Positions 1-8,467 of a DNA stretch of 32,000 bases are shown one piece after another. The first letter of the stretch is position 1. Each line of letters starts with the position of its first letter. The DNA comes from Megasphaera elsdenii DSM 20460. Lineage in GTDB: Bacteria; Bacillota; Negativicutes; Veillonellales; Megasphaeraceae. The stretch spans positions 2,100,001-2,132,000 of the forward strand of contig NZ_CP027570.1 in assembly GCF_003010495.1 (NCBI RefSeq). The letters run 5' to 3'. Position numbers and translations under genes: made by a program. Below the pieces are notes generated by a model, which made no database searches, was not told the DNA's origin, and was given only the letters and a program-made list of their open reading frames with translations.

Positions 1-285
1 GAACGGAGCGGCCTTTCCCGCCAGCATATCCGGCAGGTCTGGCTGGCCGGCGGCTTCGGCTATTATCTGGATCCGCAGAAAGCGGCTGTCATCGGCCTGC
101 TGCCGCCGGATTTGGCTGAACGGACGACGGCCGTGGGCAATACGTCCCTGAAAGGGGCCATCGGCCTTTTGACAGGCACCGTGACTTTAGACACGTTACA
201 GGCCATCGCCGACGGGGCGGAAGAAATCGTCCTCGGCAACGATGAAGCCTTTCAGCGTTTATATATCGACTATCTGAATTTTTAG
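1..285 (+). CDS. C-terminal fragment (5' end cut by window edge) of an ASKHA/DUF4445-type corrinoid reductive-activation protein (RACo/RamA-like)
   Basis: Frame 1 is open from nt 1 to TAG 283-285. The translation ...IRQVWLAGGFGYYLDPQKAAVIGLLPPDLAERTTAVGNTSLKGA...EAFQRLYIDYLNF resembles the conserved C-terminal tail of DUF4445/ASKHA corrinoid activases. It lies directly upstream of metH. Confidence 0.6.
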   Translation, partial: ERSGLSRQHIRQVWLAGGFGYYLDPQKAAVIGLLPPDLAERTTAVGNTSLKGAIGLLTGTVTLDTLQAIADGAEEIVLGNDEAFQRLYIDYLNF

Positions 286-297
286 GGGGAACTTAGA

Positions 298-2769
298 TTG
301 ACTAACGAAGAATTCCAGCACTTGCTCAGCCGCGGCGTCGTCATGCTCGACGGTGCGACCGGGACGAATCTGCAACAGGCGGGCATGCCTATCGGCGTCT
401 GCCCGGAAAAATGGATCTTGGAGAACCGCCAGGTCATGATCGACTTGCAGCGCCACTTCGTCGAAGCGGGCAGCCAAATCTTGTATGCACCGACCTTTAC
501 GGGGAACCGCATCAAACTGGCCGAATACGGTCTGGACGACCAGCTGGCCGCCATCAACCAGGGCTTGGTCGCCATTTCCAAGGAAGCCGCCCAGGGGAAG
601 GCCCTGGTCGCCGGCGATATGACCATGACGGGCCAGCAGCTCTATCCCATGGGCGACTTGACCTTTGAGGAACTGGTCGATGTTTATCGCCAACAGGCAA
701 AGGTCTTGTATGATGCCGGCGTCGACCTGTTCATTGTCGAAACCATGATGAGCCTCCAGGAAACGCGAGCCTGCGTCCTGGCCATCAAAGAAGTCTGCGA
801 CCTGCCCATCATGGCGACGCTGACTTTTGAAAAAGACGGCCGTACCCTCTATGGGACGCCGCCGGAAGCGGCTGTCGTCGTCCTGCAGCATCTCGGCGTC
901 GCCGCTGTCGGCCTGAACTGCTCGACCGGGCCGGCCGATATGGTGGAAACGGTCCAGAAGATGTATGAATATGCAACGGTTCCCCTCATTGCCAAGCCCA
1001 ATGCGGGCCTGCCGGAATGGGATGGCGACAAGACGGTCTACAAGACGACGCCGGAAGAATTTGCTCAGGACGGTAAACTGCTCATCGAAGCCGGTGCCCA
1101 TATCGTCGGCGGCTGCTGCGGGACGACGCCGGACCATATCCGGGCCCTCCACGATGCGGTCTGCCAGATGACGCCGAAAGCGCCTCATGCCAGCCATCAC
1201 CGCGTCCTGGCTTCGGAACGGCAGGTCGTGGAAATCCAGCTCGACGGCTCTTTCCAGGTCATTGGTGAACGCATCAACCCGACGGGCAAGAAGAAGCTCC
1301 AGGCTGAACTGCGGGCGGGAAAGCTAGACCTGGTACGCGCCATGGCCCGCGAACAGGAACGCAACGGCGCGGCCATCCTCGATGTCAACATGGGGACCAA
1401 CGGCATTGATGAAAAGGAAATGATGCTCAAAGCCATTTACGAAGTGACGGGCGTATCGGGCCTGCCCCTCAGCATCGATACGAGTTCGCCGGAAATCATG
1501 GAAGCGGCCCTGCGCATCTATCCCGGCCGGGCCTTGGTCAATTCCATTTCCTGTGAAACGGAAAAGCGCAAACAGCTCCTGCCGGTCGTCAAGAAGTACG
1601 GCGCCATGTTCATTGCCCTGCCCGTATCCGACGCCGGTATCCCTAAGACGCTGGAAGAAAAGCACGCCGTCCTCGACGAACTCCTGACCGATGCCTATGA
1701 CCATGGCTTTACGCCGGAAGACGTCGTCGTCGATGCCCTGGTGGCTACGGTCGGGGCGGCACCGACGTCGGCCCTGGACTGCATGGCGACTTTCTCGCAC
1801 TGCAAACGCGACCTGGGCCTGGCGACGGTCTGCGGGTTGTCCAATATCTCCTTCGGCCTGCCCGACCGGATGTATGTCAATGCCACCTTCTTGGGCATGG
1901 CCATCGCCAGCGGCCTGACCATGGCTATTGCCAATCCGTCCCAGGACCTGCTCATGAATACGGCAGCGGCTGCCAACATGCTCATGAATAAGGAAGGCAG
2001 CGACCTGGCCTATATCCACCGCATGCAGTATTTCGACAAGAAAGAAGCCGAAAAGAAACGCCAGGAAGAGGCAGAACTCCTGGCCCGTCAGGGGATGCCG
2101 GCCGACGTGGCGGCGGCGGGGGAGTCCCAGCAGACTGAACAAGGGCCGGTCAATCCCGTCTATCAGGCCGTCCTGGAAGGGGAAAAGGATGCCGTCGTAT
2201 CCCTGGCCCAGGCCGAACTGGCCAAGGGCATGGCACCGGATGCGGTCATCAACGACCTGCTCATCCCGGCCATTACGAAAGTCGGCGATTTGTACGATAA
2301 ACAGGTCTACTTCCTGCCCCAGCTCATTGCCAGCGCCAACACCATGGAAACGGCCATTGCCTATTTGGAACCGCTCATCAAGAAGGAACCGGGCCAGCAG
2401 GACATGGCGACCATCGTCATCGCGACCGTCGAAGGCGACGTCCACGATATCGGCAAGAACCTGGTCGGTCTCATGCTGCGCAACTACGGCTATAAAGTCG
2501 TCGATCTGGGCAAGGACGTGCCGGCCGGTACGATCATCGAGACGGCGCTGCGTGAAAAAGCGTCTGTCGTCGGGCTGTCGGCTTTGATGACGACGACCAT
2601 GATGCACATGAAGGACGTCATCGCCGAAGCGGCGGATAAGCATTACGACGGCAAGATCATCATCGGCGGCGCGGCCGTCACGCCGAGTTTCTCTGATGAA
2701 ATCGGGGCCGATGGCTATTCCAAGGATGCGGCAGATTGTGTCAAACTCGTCGGCCGCCTGTTAGCATAA
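298..2769 (+). CDS. metH: Cobalamin-dependent methionine synthase, short form (Hcy-binding, pterin-binding and B12-binding domains; no AdoMet reactivation domain)
   Basis: 823-aa ORF with a TTG start 6 nt after RBS AGGGGGAA. N-terminal homocysteine S-methyltransferase domain (LDGATGT..., GLNCSTGP, GGCCGTTP), a central pterin-binding domain, and a C-terminal B12 domain with DVHDIGKN (DxHxxG), SALMTTT and GGA motifs. Confidence 0.93.
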   Translation: MTNEEFQHLLSRGVVMLDGATGTNLQQAGMPIGVCPEKWILENRQVMIDLQRHFVEAGSQILYAPTFTGNRIKLAEYGLDDQLAAINQGLVAISKEAAQGKALVAGDMTMTGQQLYPMGDLTFEELVDVYRQQAKVLYDAGVDLFIVETMMSLQETRACVLAIKEVCDLPIMATLTFEKDGRTLYGTPPEAAVVVLQHLGVAAVGLNCSTGPADMVETVQKMYEYATVPLIAKPNAGLPEWDGDKTVYKTTPEEFAQDGKLLIEAGAHIVGGCCGTTPDHIRALHDAVCQMTPKAPHASHHRVLASERQVVEIQLDGSFQVIGERINPTGKKKLQAELRAGKLDLVRAMAREQERNGAAILDVNMGTNGIDEKEMMLKAIYEVTGVSGLPLSIDTSSPEIMEAALRIYPGRALVNSISCETEKRKQLLPVVKKYGAMFIALPVSDAGIPKTLEEKHAVLDELLTDAYDHGFTPEDVVVDALVATVGAAPTSALDCMATFSHCKRDLGLATVCGLSNISFGLPDRMYVNATFLGMAIASGLTMAIANPSQDLLMNTAAAANMLMNKEGSDLAYIHRMQYFDKKEAEKKRQEEAELLARQGMPADVAAAGESQQTEQGPVNPVYQAVLEGEKDAVVSLAQAELAKGMAPDAVINDLLIPAITKVGDLYDKQVYFLPQLIASANTMETAIAYLEPLIKKEPGQQDMATIVIATVEGDVHDIGKNLVGLMLRNYGYKVVDLGKDVPAGTIIETALREKASVVGLSALMTTTMMHMKDVIAEAADKHYDGKIIIGGAAVTPSFSDEIGADGYSKDAADCVKLVGRLLA

Positions 2770-2783
2770 AAGGGGGAATCGTT

Positions 2784-3770
2784 ATGCCAGCATATCGTTG
2801 GGCGACGTTAGGCTGCGGCGTCATCGGCCATGAACTGGCCCAGGCGATGCAGGCCCTGGGCGGGAATTTATACAGTGTCGGCAACCGGACCCATGAGAAG
2901 GCCCTGGCTTTTGCTGAAAAATACGGCATCTCCAAGGTCTACGACAGGCCAGAGGATATCTTTGCCGATCCCGACGTCGATATCGTCTATATTTCGACGC
3001 CGCATAATACGCATATCCGCTATCTCCTGCCGGCCCTGTCTGCCGGGAAGCACGTGCTCTGCGAAAAATCCATCACCTTGAACAGCCGGGAACTGGATCA
3101 GGCCCGGCGCTGTGCTCGGGAACACGGTGTCGTCCTGGCCGAAGCCATGACTTTGTATCACATGCCGGTTTATAAGCAGCTCGCCGAGCTTATCCGCTCC
3201 GGGGCCCTGGGGCCGCTGCGGTTCATCCAGATGAATTTCGGCAGTTATAAAGACTATGACATGACGAACCGCTTCTTCAACCGCTCTCTGGCTGGCGGGG
3301 CCCTCCTCGATATAGGCGTCTATGCCTTGTCTTTCGTCCGCTATTTCATGAGTTGTCAGCCCGACCAGATTGCGTCACAGGTCCGGCTGGCGCCGACCGG
3401 CGTCGATGAACAGGCGGGCATCCTCTTGCAGAACCGGGAAGGGGAAATGGCGACGATTTCCTTATCGCTCCACGCTAAGCAGCCGAAACGGGGCATGGCC
3501 GCTTTTGACAAGGGGTATATCGAAATCTACGACTATCCCCGGGCCGATACGGCGACGATCACCTATACGGCCGATGGCCGCCAGCAGGTCCTGCAGGCCG
3601 GCAACCAGGCCAAGGCCCTGCAATACGAAATCGTGGATATGGAAAATGCCGTGGCTCATGGTGGCCAGGGCATGTATCTGGATTATACGAAAGAGGTCAT
3701 GGACCTCATGACGGCCATCCGCCAGCAGTGGGGCCTGACGTATCCGGAAGAAGAGGGGGGAGTACGATGA
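2784..3770 (+). CDS. Gfo/Idh/MocA family NAD(P)-dependent oxidoreductase
   Basis: ATG 2784 follows RBS AAAGGGGGA. N-terminal Rossmann motif LGCGVIGHE and a CEKS motif (family consensus is EKP-like). The stop overlaps the next start (ATGA at 3767-3770). The longer 2736 start would overlap metH and lacks an RBS. Confidence 0.85.
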   Translation: MPAYRWATLGCGVIGHELAQAMQALGGNLYSVGNRTHEKALAFAEKYGISKVYDRPEDIFADPDVDIVYISTPHNTHIRYLLPALSAGKHVLCEKSITLNSRELDQARRCAREHGVVLAEAMTLYHMPVYKQLAELIRSGALGPLRFIQMNFGSYKDYDMTNRFFNRSLAGGALLDIGVYALSFVRYFMSCQPDQIASQVRLAPTGVDEQAGILLQNREGEMATISLSLHAKQPKRGMAAFDKGYIEIYDYPRADTATITYTADGRQQVLQAGNQAKALQYEIVDMENAVAHGGQGMYLDYTKEVMDLMTAIRQQWGLTYPEEEGGVR

Positions 3771-5494
3771 GTTACTCGGCAATCGATACACTTTGGATTC
3801 TCATGGCCGCAGTCCTGGTCTTCTTCATGCAGCCTGGCTTTGCCATGCTCGAAGCGGGTCTGACGCGGGCCAAGAATGCCGGCAACATCGTCATGAAGAA
3901 TTTCATGGATTTTGCCCTGGCTACGCTGGTTTTCTGGCTGGCCGGTTTTGGCCTCATGTTCGGCCACGATTTGTCCGGCCTCATCGGGGTACCGGATTTC
4001 TTTGCCCAGCAAGTGGATTTCACGGCCGGGACACCTTATCCGGACCTGGCCTTTCTGCTCTTCCAGACCGTCCTCTGTGCCGTGACGACAGCCATCGTAT
4101 CCGGTGCCATGGCGGAACGGACGAAGTTTTCGTCGTATTGTCTGGTCACGATTATCATCAGCCTGATCATTTATCCCGTTGCCGGCCACTGGGTCTGGGG
4201 CGGCGGCTGGCTGGGCGCCTTGGGTTTCCATGATTTTGCCGGTGCTTCTGTCGTCAGCCTGACTGGCGGCATCTGTGCCCTGACCGGTGCCAAGGCCCTG
4301 GGTCCGCGCATCGGCAAGTATAACCAGGATGGGTCGGTCAATGCCATTCCCGGCCACAGCCTGCCCCTGGCCTGTCTGGGCATGTTCATCTTATGGTTCG
4401 GCTGGTTCGGTTTCAATGGCGGCCAGACCCTGTCCTTATCGGGGGAACAGACCCTGCTCAAGGCGGCAGCTATCTTCTTTATCACCAATATCGCAGCCGC
4501 TGCCGGGACGACGGCAGCCATGGTGACGACGTGGATCCGCTATGGCAAGCCTGACGTATCCATGACCCTTGACGGCTGTCTGGCTGCACTGGTCGCCATT
4601 ACGGCCGGCTGTGATGTCGTCAGTGTGCCTGGCGCTTTCTTCATCGGCGCTATCGCCGGTGTCGTCGTCGTCTTCCTCATCGAATTCATTGACCAGAAGC
4701 TCCGCATCGACGATCCCATCGGGGCCATTGCGGCCCATGGCGGCTGCGGGGCCTTGGGAACGATTCTGACGGGCTTGTTCAGTGTCAAAGACGGCCTGCT
4801 CTATACGGGTGACACCCATTTGCTGCTGGTCCAGATTGCCGGCGTCGCAGCTATCGGCCTGTTCGTCTTCGTCGCCATGACGTTGGTCTTTCGCATCCTC
4901 CAGGCGACCATCGGCCTGCGCGTATCGGCAGCCGAAGAAATCAACGGCCTGGACTTCAAGGAAAACGGGCTGGTACCGGCTTACGGCCTGGACCGCGGCG
5001 ACAGTCTGGAATACTTGTCCGAAGCCTTGAAGGCCGGGGAAGCGCCGCAAGGGGCGAAAGAAATCCCCCTGGACCAGGTCATCCCCGATTCGGTCATGGC
5101 CAGTCCCCAGCCGGTCGGCGGCCATGCCATGTATAACGTGACCATCATTACCGATGAGAAGCGGTTCGAAACCTTGAAGGATGCCATGGAAGCCATCGGC
5201 ATCACGGGCATGACCATTACCCGGGCGCTGGGCTTCGGCATCGAAAAAGGGCGGACCGAATTCTACCGCGGTGCCAAGGTGTCGGCCAAGCTTCTGCCGA
5301 AAGTCCGCGTAGAAATGGTCGTTTCCAAAGTATCGCCGCGGACCATCATCGAGACGGCCAAGAAAGTGCTCTATACGGGCAACTACGGTGATGGCAAGGT
5401 CTTCGTGTCGGCCATCGATAATGCCGTCAAGATCCGCACCGGCGAAGAAGGATACGACGCCCTGCAGGACTACCCGGTAGCCGCGAAGAAGTAA
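3767..5494 (+). CDS. amt: Ammonium transporter (Amt/AmtB) fused at its C-terminus to a P-II (GlnK/GlnB-like) signal-transduction domain
   Basis: The N-terminus MSYSAIDTLWILMAAVLVFFMQPGFAMLEAG... is a typical Amt start and is followed by multiple TM segments. The last ~110 aa (YNVTIITDEKRFETLKDAMEAIGITGMTIT...GRTEFYRGAKV...LPKVRVEMVV...GDGKVFVSAIDNAVKIRTGE) have P-II architecture including a T-loop-like YRGA. RBS GAGGGGGGAG lies upstream. Confidence 0.9.
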   Translation: MSYSAIDTLWILMAAVLVFFMQPGFAMLEAGLTRAKNAGNIVMKNFMDFALATLVFWLAGFGLMFGHDLSGLIGVPDFFAQQVDFTAGTPYPDLAFLLFQTVLCAVTTAIVSGAMAERTKFSSYCLVTIIISLIIYPVAGHWVWGGGWLGALGFHDFAGASVVSLTGGICALTGAKALGPRIGKYNQDGSVNAIPGHSLPLACLGMFILWFGWFGFNGGQTLSLSGEQTLLKAAAIFFITNIAAAAGTTAAMVTTWIRYGKPDVSMTLDGCLAALVAITAGCDVVSVPGAFFIGAIAGVVVVFLIEFIDQKLRIDDPIGAIAAHGGCGALGTILTGLFSVKDGLLYTGDTHLLLVQIAGVAAIGLFVFVAMTLVFRILQATIGLRVSAAEEINGLDFKENGLVPAYGLDRGDSLEYLSEALKAGEAPQGAKEIPLDQVIPDSVMASPQPVGGHAMYNVTIITDEKRFETLKDAMEAIGITGMTITRALGFGIEKGRTEFYRGAKVSAKLLPKVRVEMVVSKVSPRTIIETAKKVLYTGNYGDGKVFVSAIDNAVKIRTGEEGYDALQDYPVAAKK

Positions 5495-5534
5495 GCTTTT
5501 ACGGATATTTCCCTTGATTTTTGCAAAAAATATA

Positions 5535-5580
5535 CAGGCTCTGGCTATACTGAACGTATACAGCCCGAGCCTGTTTTTGT
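5535..5580 (+). terminator. Rho-independent terminator after amt
   Basis: Long imperfect hairpin ACAGGCTC-T-GGCTATAC / GTATACAGCC-C-GAGCCTGT followed by TTTTTGT. Confidence 0.8.
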
Positions 5581-5601
5581 ATGGATGAAGGAGGAAATGC
5601 C

Positions 5602-6522
5602 ATGTTTGCGTCGTTGTTTGCCAAAAACCAAGCCCAGCCTCAGCGGAATTATTCCCGCCTGGTCATCATCAGTGATTTCCATTATCCCTGTAAGAACCTG
5701 GTCCCGCCGAAGGAACGCCTGATGCGGATGGCCGCCAAAGAAAGGGTGCTCCAGGAAATGAATGACTGGCGGGACCTGGACCTGGCTGTCTTTACAGGGG
5801 ACATGGTCCAGCGCAACGGCGATGCTGCCGAATACCGCCTGGTGCGCCTCGTCGTCAATGGATTGAAGAAACGCAAGGCTTTCATTGCTGGAAATCACGA
5901 ACTGCTCTATACGGGCCATCATGGCGAACTGCGCCCTGGGAGCTGCACGGAACGGATCATTCACTTTGCCCGTTATACGAAGACCTTCGGACCGCTCTAT
6001 TATGCCAAAGAACAGGCAGGCTACCTCTTGGTCTTTTTATCGCCTGATACGGTAACTGGCGGCGCAGCCGTCGAATTATCCCATCAGCAGCTGGCCTGGC
6101 TGGACCAGACCCTGGCCGCCCATCGCCAGCAGCCGACGATCATCTTCTGCCATGCCCCGCTGGAACAGACGGCCGTATCGAGCCGTCCTGGCATCAGCCT
6201 GCCGTCGCCGCGCAATTCTGTCCAGCCGGCAGCTGATATCCGTACTATCCTGGCCCGCCATCACCAGGTCCGCCTGTGGGTATCCGGCCATACCCATACG
6301 ATGCCAAGCGATGCCACCTTCATGGATGACGCCAATTACTATGAAGGCCGCGTCCTCAACGTCTATAACAGCGATTGGGATGAAGACACGATTTACACTA
6401 ACTCCCTCTACCTTTACGAAGACCACATACTCGTCCGGACCTATGACCATAGCCAGGGGACCTGGATCCCGGCCTTCGACCGCACCGTGGTCCTGCCGGA
6501 ATGGTGCTGCCTCACGGCTTAA
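5602..6522 (+). CDS. Metallophosphoesterase (calcineurin-like phosphoesterase family)
   Basis: ATG 5602 lies 7 nt after RBS GAAGGAGG. Canonical motif series: SDFH (DxH), TGDM (GD), AGNHE (GNHE), FCHAPL, SGHTH (GHxH). Confidence 0.85.
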   Translation: MFASLFAKNQAQPQRNYSRLVIISDFHYPCKNLVPPKERLMRMAAKERVLQEMNDWRDLDLAVFTGDMVQRNGDAAEYRLVRLVVNGLKKRKAFIAGNHELLYTGHHGELRPGSCTERIIHFARYTKTFGPLYYAKEQAGYLLVFLSPDTVTGGAAVELSHQQLAWLDQTLAAHRQQPTIIFCHAPLEQTAVSSRPGISLPSPRNSVQPAADIRTILARHHQVRLWVSGHTHTMPSDATFMDDANYYEGRVLNVYNSDWDEDTIYTNSLYLYEDHILVRTYDHSQGTWIPAFDRTVVLPEWCCLTA

Positions 6523-6565
6523 AGGCGCCTTTGGCGCCGTGGGTCGTTTGCCGTGATTCGTGGTT

Positions 6566-6593
6566 CGTAGGAGCGTCCACGTGGGACGCCCGC
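6566..6593 (+). repeat. REP-like GC-rich hairpin motif, degenerate copy
   Basis: CGTAGGAGCGTCCACGTGGGACGCCCGC. It has the same CGTAGG-stem-loop-stem-CCCGC layout as the copies at 19656, 22074 and 30967. Confidence 0.6.
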
Positions 6594-6664
6594 GCGAATC
6601 CTGTGTACAGCCTGTCCGGTATTTCTACGAATTTTCGCCAAACGACTCACGACCCACGATACAC

Positions 6665-6697
6665 AAAAAAGCTGCCGCGTAAGCGGCAGCTTTTTTT
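6665..6697. terminator. Bidirectional Rho-independent terminator between the convergent metallophosphoesterase and prfC genes
   Basis: AAAAAA-GCTGCCGC-GTAA-GCGGCAGC-TTTTTTT, a perfect 8-bp GC-rich stem flanked by A and T tracts. Identical to 29687-29719. Confidence 0.9.
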
Positions 6698-6700
6698 AAC

Positions 6701-8311
6701 TCATTCTTCAGGTTCATCGATGGCGAGTTGATCCGGTGTGGTGCAGAAGGTAAATTCCGGGTTCCGTTCTACGATCCAGTTGGTCTGCCATTCGTTGGCG
6801 ATGAGGAGGACGACGCGCTGTTTGTGGTCTTTGACGATCATGGCGCTGTCGATGTTCTTCAATTCCTTGTAGTCGTGGCCGTTGTCCTGGATCCAGCGGG
6901 CGACGGTGTAGGGCAGGCGGTTCATTTCCAGGTCGACGCCGTATTCGTGTTTCAGGCGGTATTCCAGAACTTCGAACTGGAGTTGCCCGACGGCACCGAC
7001 GATGTAGCTTTCCATGGAGCCCAGGTTTTCATAAATCTGGACGGCCCCTTCCTGGGCCAGCTGGGTCATGCCCTTGAGGAACTGTTTACGCTTCATCGAG
7101 TCTTTGGCGCGGATGCGGGCGAAGAGTTCCGGCGGGAAGGTCGGGAAGTCCTTGAAGGTGACTTTTTTCTTGCCCGAATAGAGGGTGTCGCCGACGCCCA
7201 TGGTGCCGTTATCGAAGACGCCGATGATGTCTCCCGGGTAAGCATCTTCGACGATGGTCCGTTCCGTGGCCAGGAACTGCTGGGGCTGCATGAGGCGCAG
7301 GGTCTTGCCCGACTGGCGGTGGGTGACGGTCATGCCTTTTTCGAATTTGCCCGAGCAGATGCGCATGAAGACGATGCGGTCGTGATGCTGGGGGTTCATG
7401 TTGGCCTGGATCTTGAAGACGAACGACGTGAACTGGTCCGATGTCGGTTCGACGACGCCTTCCAGACATTTGCGCGGCTGCGGCTTCGGTGCCATACGCA
7501 GAAATTCTTCCAGGAAAGGCTTGACGCCGAAGTTGGTCATGGCCGAACCGAAGAACATCGGCGTCAGTTCGCCGCGCTTGACCTTTTCCATGTCGAATTC
7601 GTCGCCTGCTTCGTCGAGGAGCTCGATGTCGTCGATGAGACCCTGGTGGACGTCTTCATCGAGGAGTTCCTTGAAAATCGGGTCGTCGGCAGAGCCTTTG
7701 GTCGATGCCAGTTTGCGCTGGCCGTGGGTCGTGTCTTTTTCAAAGAGTTCGATAGACGACGAAGCCCGGTCGTAGATGCCCTGGTAGTTTCCGTTCAGGC
7801 CGATAGGCCAGTTCATAGGATAGGCGTGGATGCCAAGGATGTCTTCGATTTCATCCATGAGGTCGAAGGGGTTGCGGCCGAAGTGGTCGATTTTATTGAC
7901 GAAGGTGAAGATGGGAATGCCCCGTTCTTTACAGACGCGGAAAAGTTTCTTTGTCTGGGCTTCGACGCCTTTGGCGACGTCGATGAGCATGACGGCGCTG
8001 TCGGCAGCCATGAGGGTCCGGTACGTATCTTCACTGAAGTCCTGATGGCCCGGCGTATCGAGAATATTGATGTGATGGCCTTCGTAGTCGAACTGAAGGA
8101 CCGAACTGGTGACAGAGATACCACGCTGTTTTTCGATTTCCATCCAGTCCGAAACGGCGTGCTTCGCCGTCTTTCTGGCTTTGACGGAACCGGCCAGGTG
8201 GATAGCACCTCCGTAGAGCAGTAATTTTTCAGTCAGCGTCGTCTTACCAGCATCAGGGTGGGAGATGATGGCAAAAGTACGGCGATTATTTACTTCATCG
8301 ATTAATGACAT
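6701..8311 (-). CDS. prfC: Peptide chain release factor 3 (translational GTPase)
   Basis: MSLIDEVNNRRTFAIISHPDAGKTTLTEKLLLYGGAI...DTPGHQDFSEDTYR...NKID carries the G1-G4 GTPase motifs and RF3-type sequence throughout. The start was chosen at the second ATG (8311), which follows RBS GAGGTG. Confidence 0.95.
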   Translation of the reverse strand: MSLIDEVNNRRTFAIISHPDAGKTTLTEKLLLYGGAIHLAGSVKARKTAKHAVSDWMEIEKQRGISVTSSVLQFDYEGHHINILDTPGHQDFSEDTYRTLMAADSAVMLIDVAKGVEAQTKKLFRVCKERGIPIFTFVNKIDHFGRNPFDLMDEIEDILGIHAYPMNWPIGLNGNYQGIYDRASSSIELFEKDTTHGQRKLASTKGSADDPIFKELLDEDVHQGLIDDIELLDEAGDEFDMEKVKRGELTPMFFGSAMTNFGVKPFLEEFLRMAPKPQPRKCLEGVVEPTSDQFTSFVFKIQANMNPQHHDRIVFMRICSGKFEKGMTVTHRQSGKTLRLMQPQQFLATERTIVEDAYPGDIIGVFDNGTMGVGDTLYSGKKKVTFKDFPTFPPELFARIRAKDSMKRKQFLKGMTQLAQEGAVQIYENLGSMESYIVGAVGQLQFEVLEYRLKHEYGVDLEMNRLPYTVARWIQDNGHDYKELKNIDSAMIVKDHKQRVVLLIANEWQTNWIVERNPEFTFCTTPDQLAIDEPEE

Positions 8312-8467
8312 AGTACACCTCATCTGTAGTTAAAGCTAAAACATGCAAACACTATTTATTATATCGGGTTTTTCTGGGAACCGCAAGCGATTTACGGCTA
8401 GCATTTCTTGCCATTTCACGTTATAATAGACTTAAACTATACAGAATGAGAAGGAGCGTCTTACATC

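Larger units (their letters stand above)
6523..6697 (+). repeat. Composite intergenic repeat module, long variant: GC hairpin, heptad-phased CGTNNNN arm, REP-like core, NNNNACG arm, terminator
   Basis: 6524-6555 and 6634-6698 are near-identical to 29609-29637 and 29655-29720. CGT recurs at 6538/6545/6552/6559/6566 and ACG at 6642/6649/6656. 6538-6547 is the exact reverse complement of 6649-6658. Confidence 0.85.

Noticed and set aside
1324-2643. 439-aa ORF on the - strand, plus the 259-1200 313-aa ORF
   Set aside because: Both are antisense to metH, have Arg/Asp/Gly-rich low-information translations, and lack start context. They are shadow ORFs.
2736-2783. Longer N-terminal extensions offered by the ORF track (2736, 3728, 5581, 8323, 15318, 25431)
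   Set aside because: In each case a downstream ATG has a proper RBS and gives the family-typical N-terminus. The extension overlaps the upstream gene or a terminator or riboswitch.
6538-6593. Heptad repeats considered as a CRISPR array or coding tandem repeat
   Set aside because: The 7-nt units are far below CRISPR repeat size, they have no spacers, and no cas genes are present. The period is not a multiple of 3 and the region is intergenic.
6728-8224. 498-aa ORF on the + strand
   Set aside because: It is entirely antisense to prfC, whose product is unmistakable. The translation is Asp/Val/Gly/Phe-rich with no motifs, and there is no RBS. This is the typical shadow ORF of GC-rich DNA.
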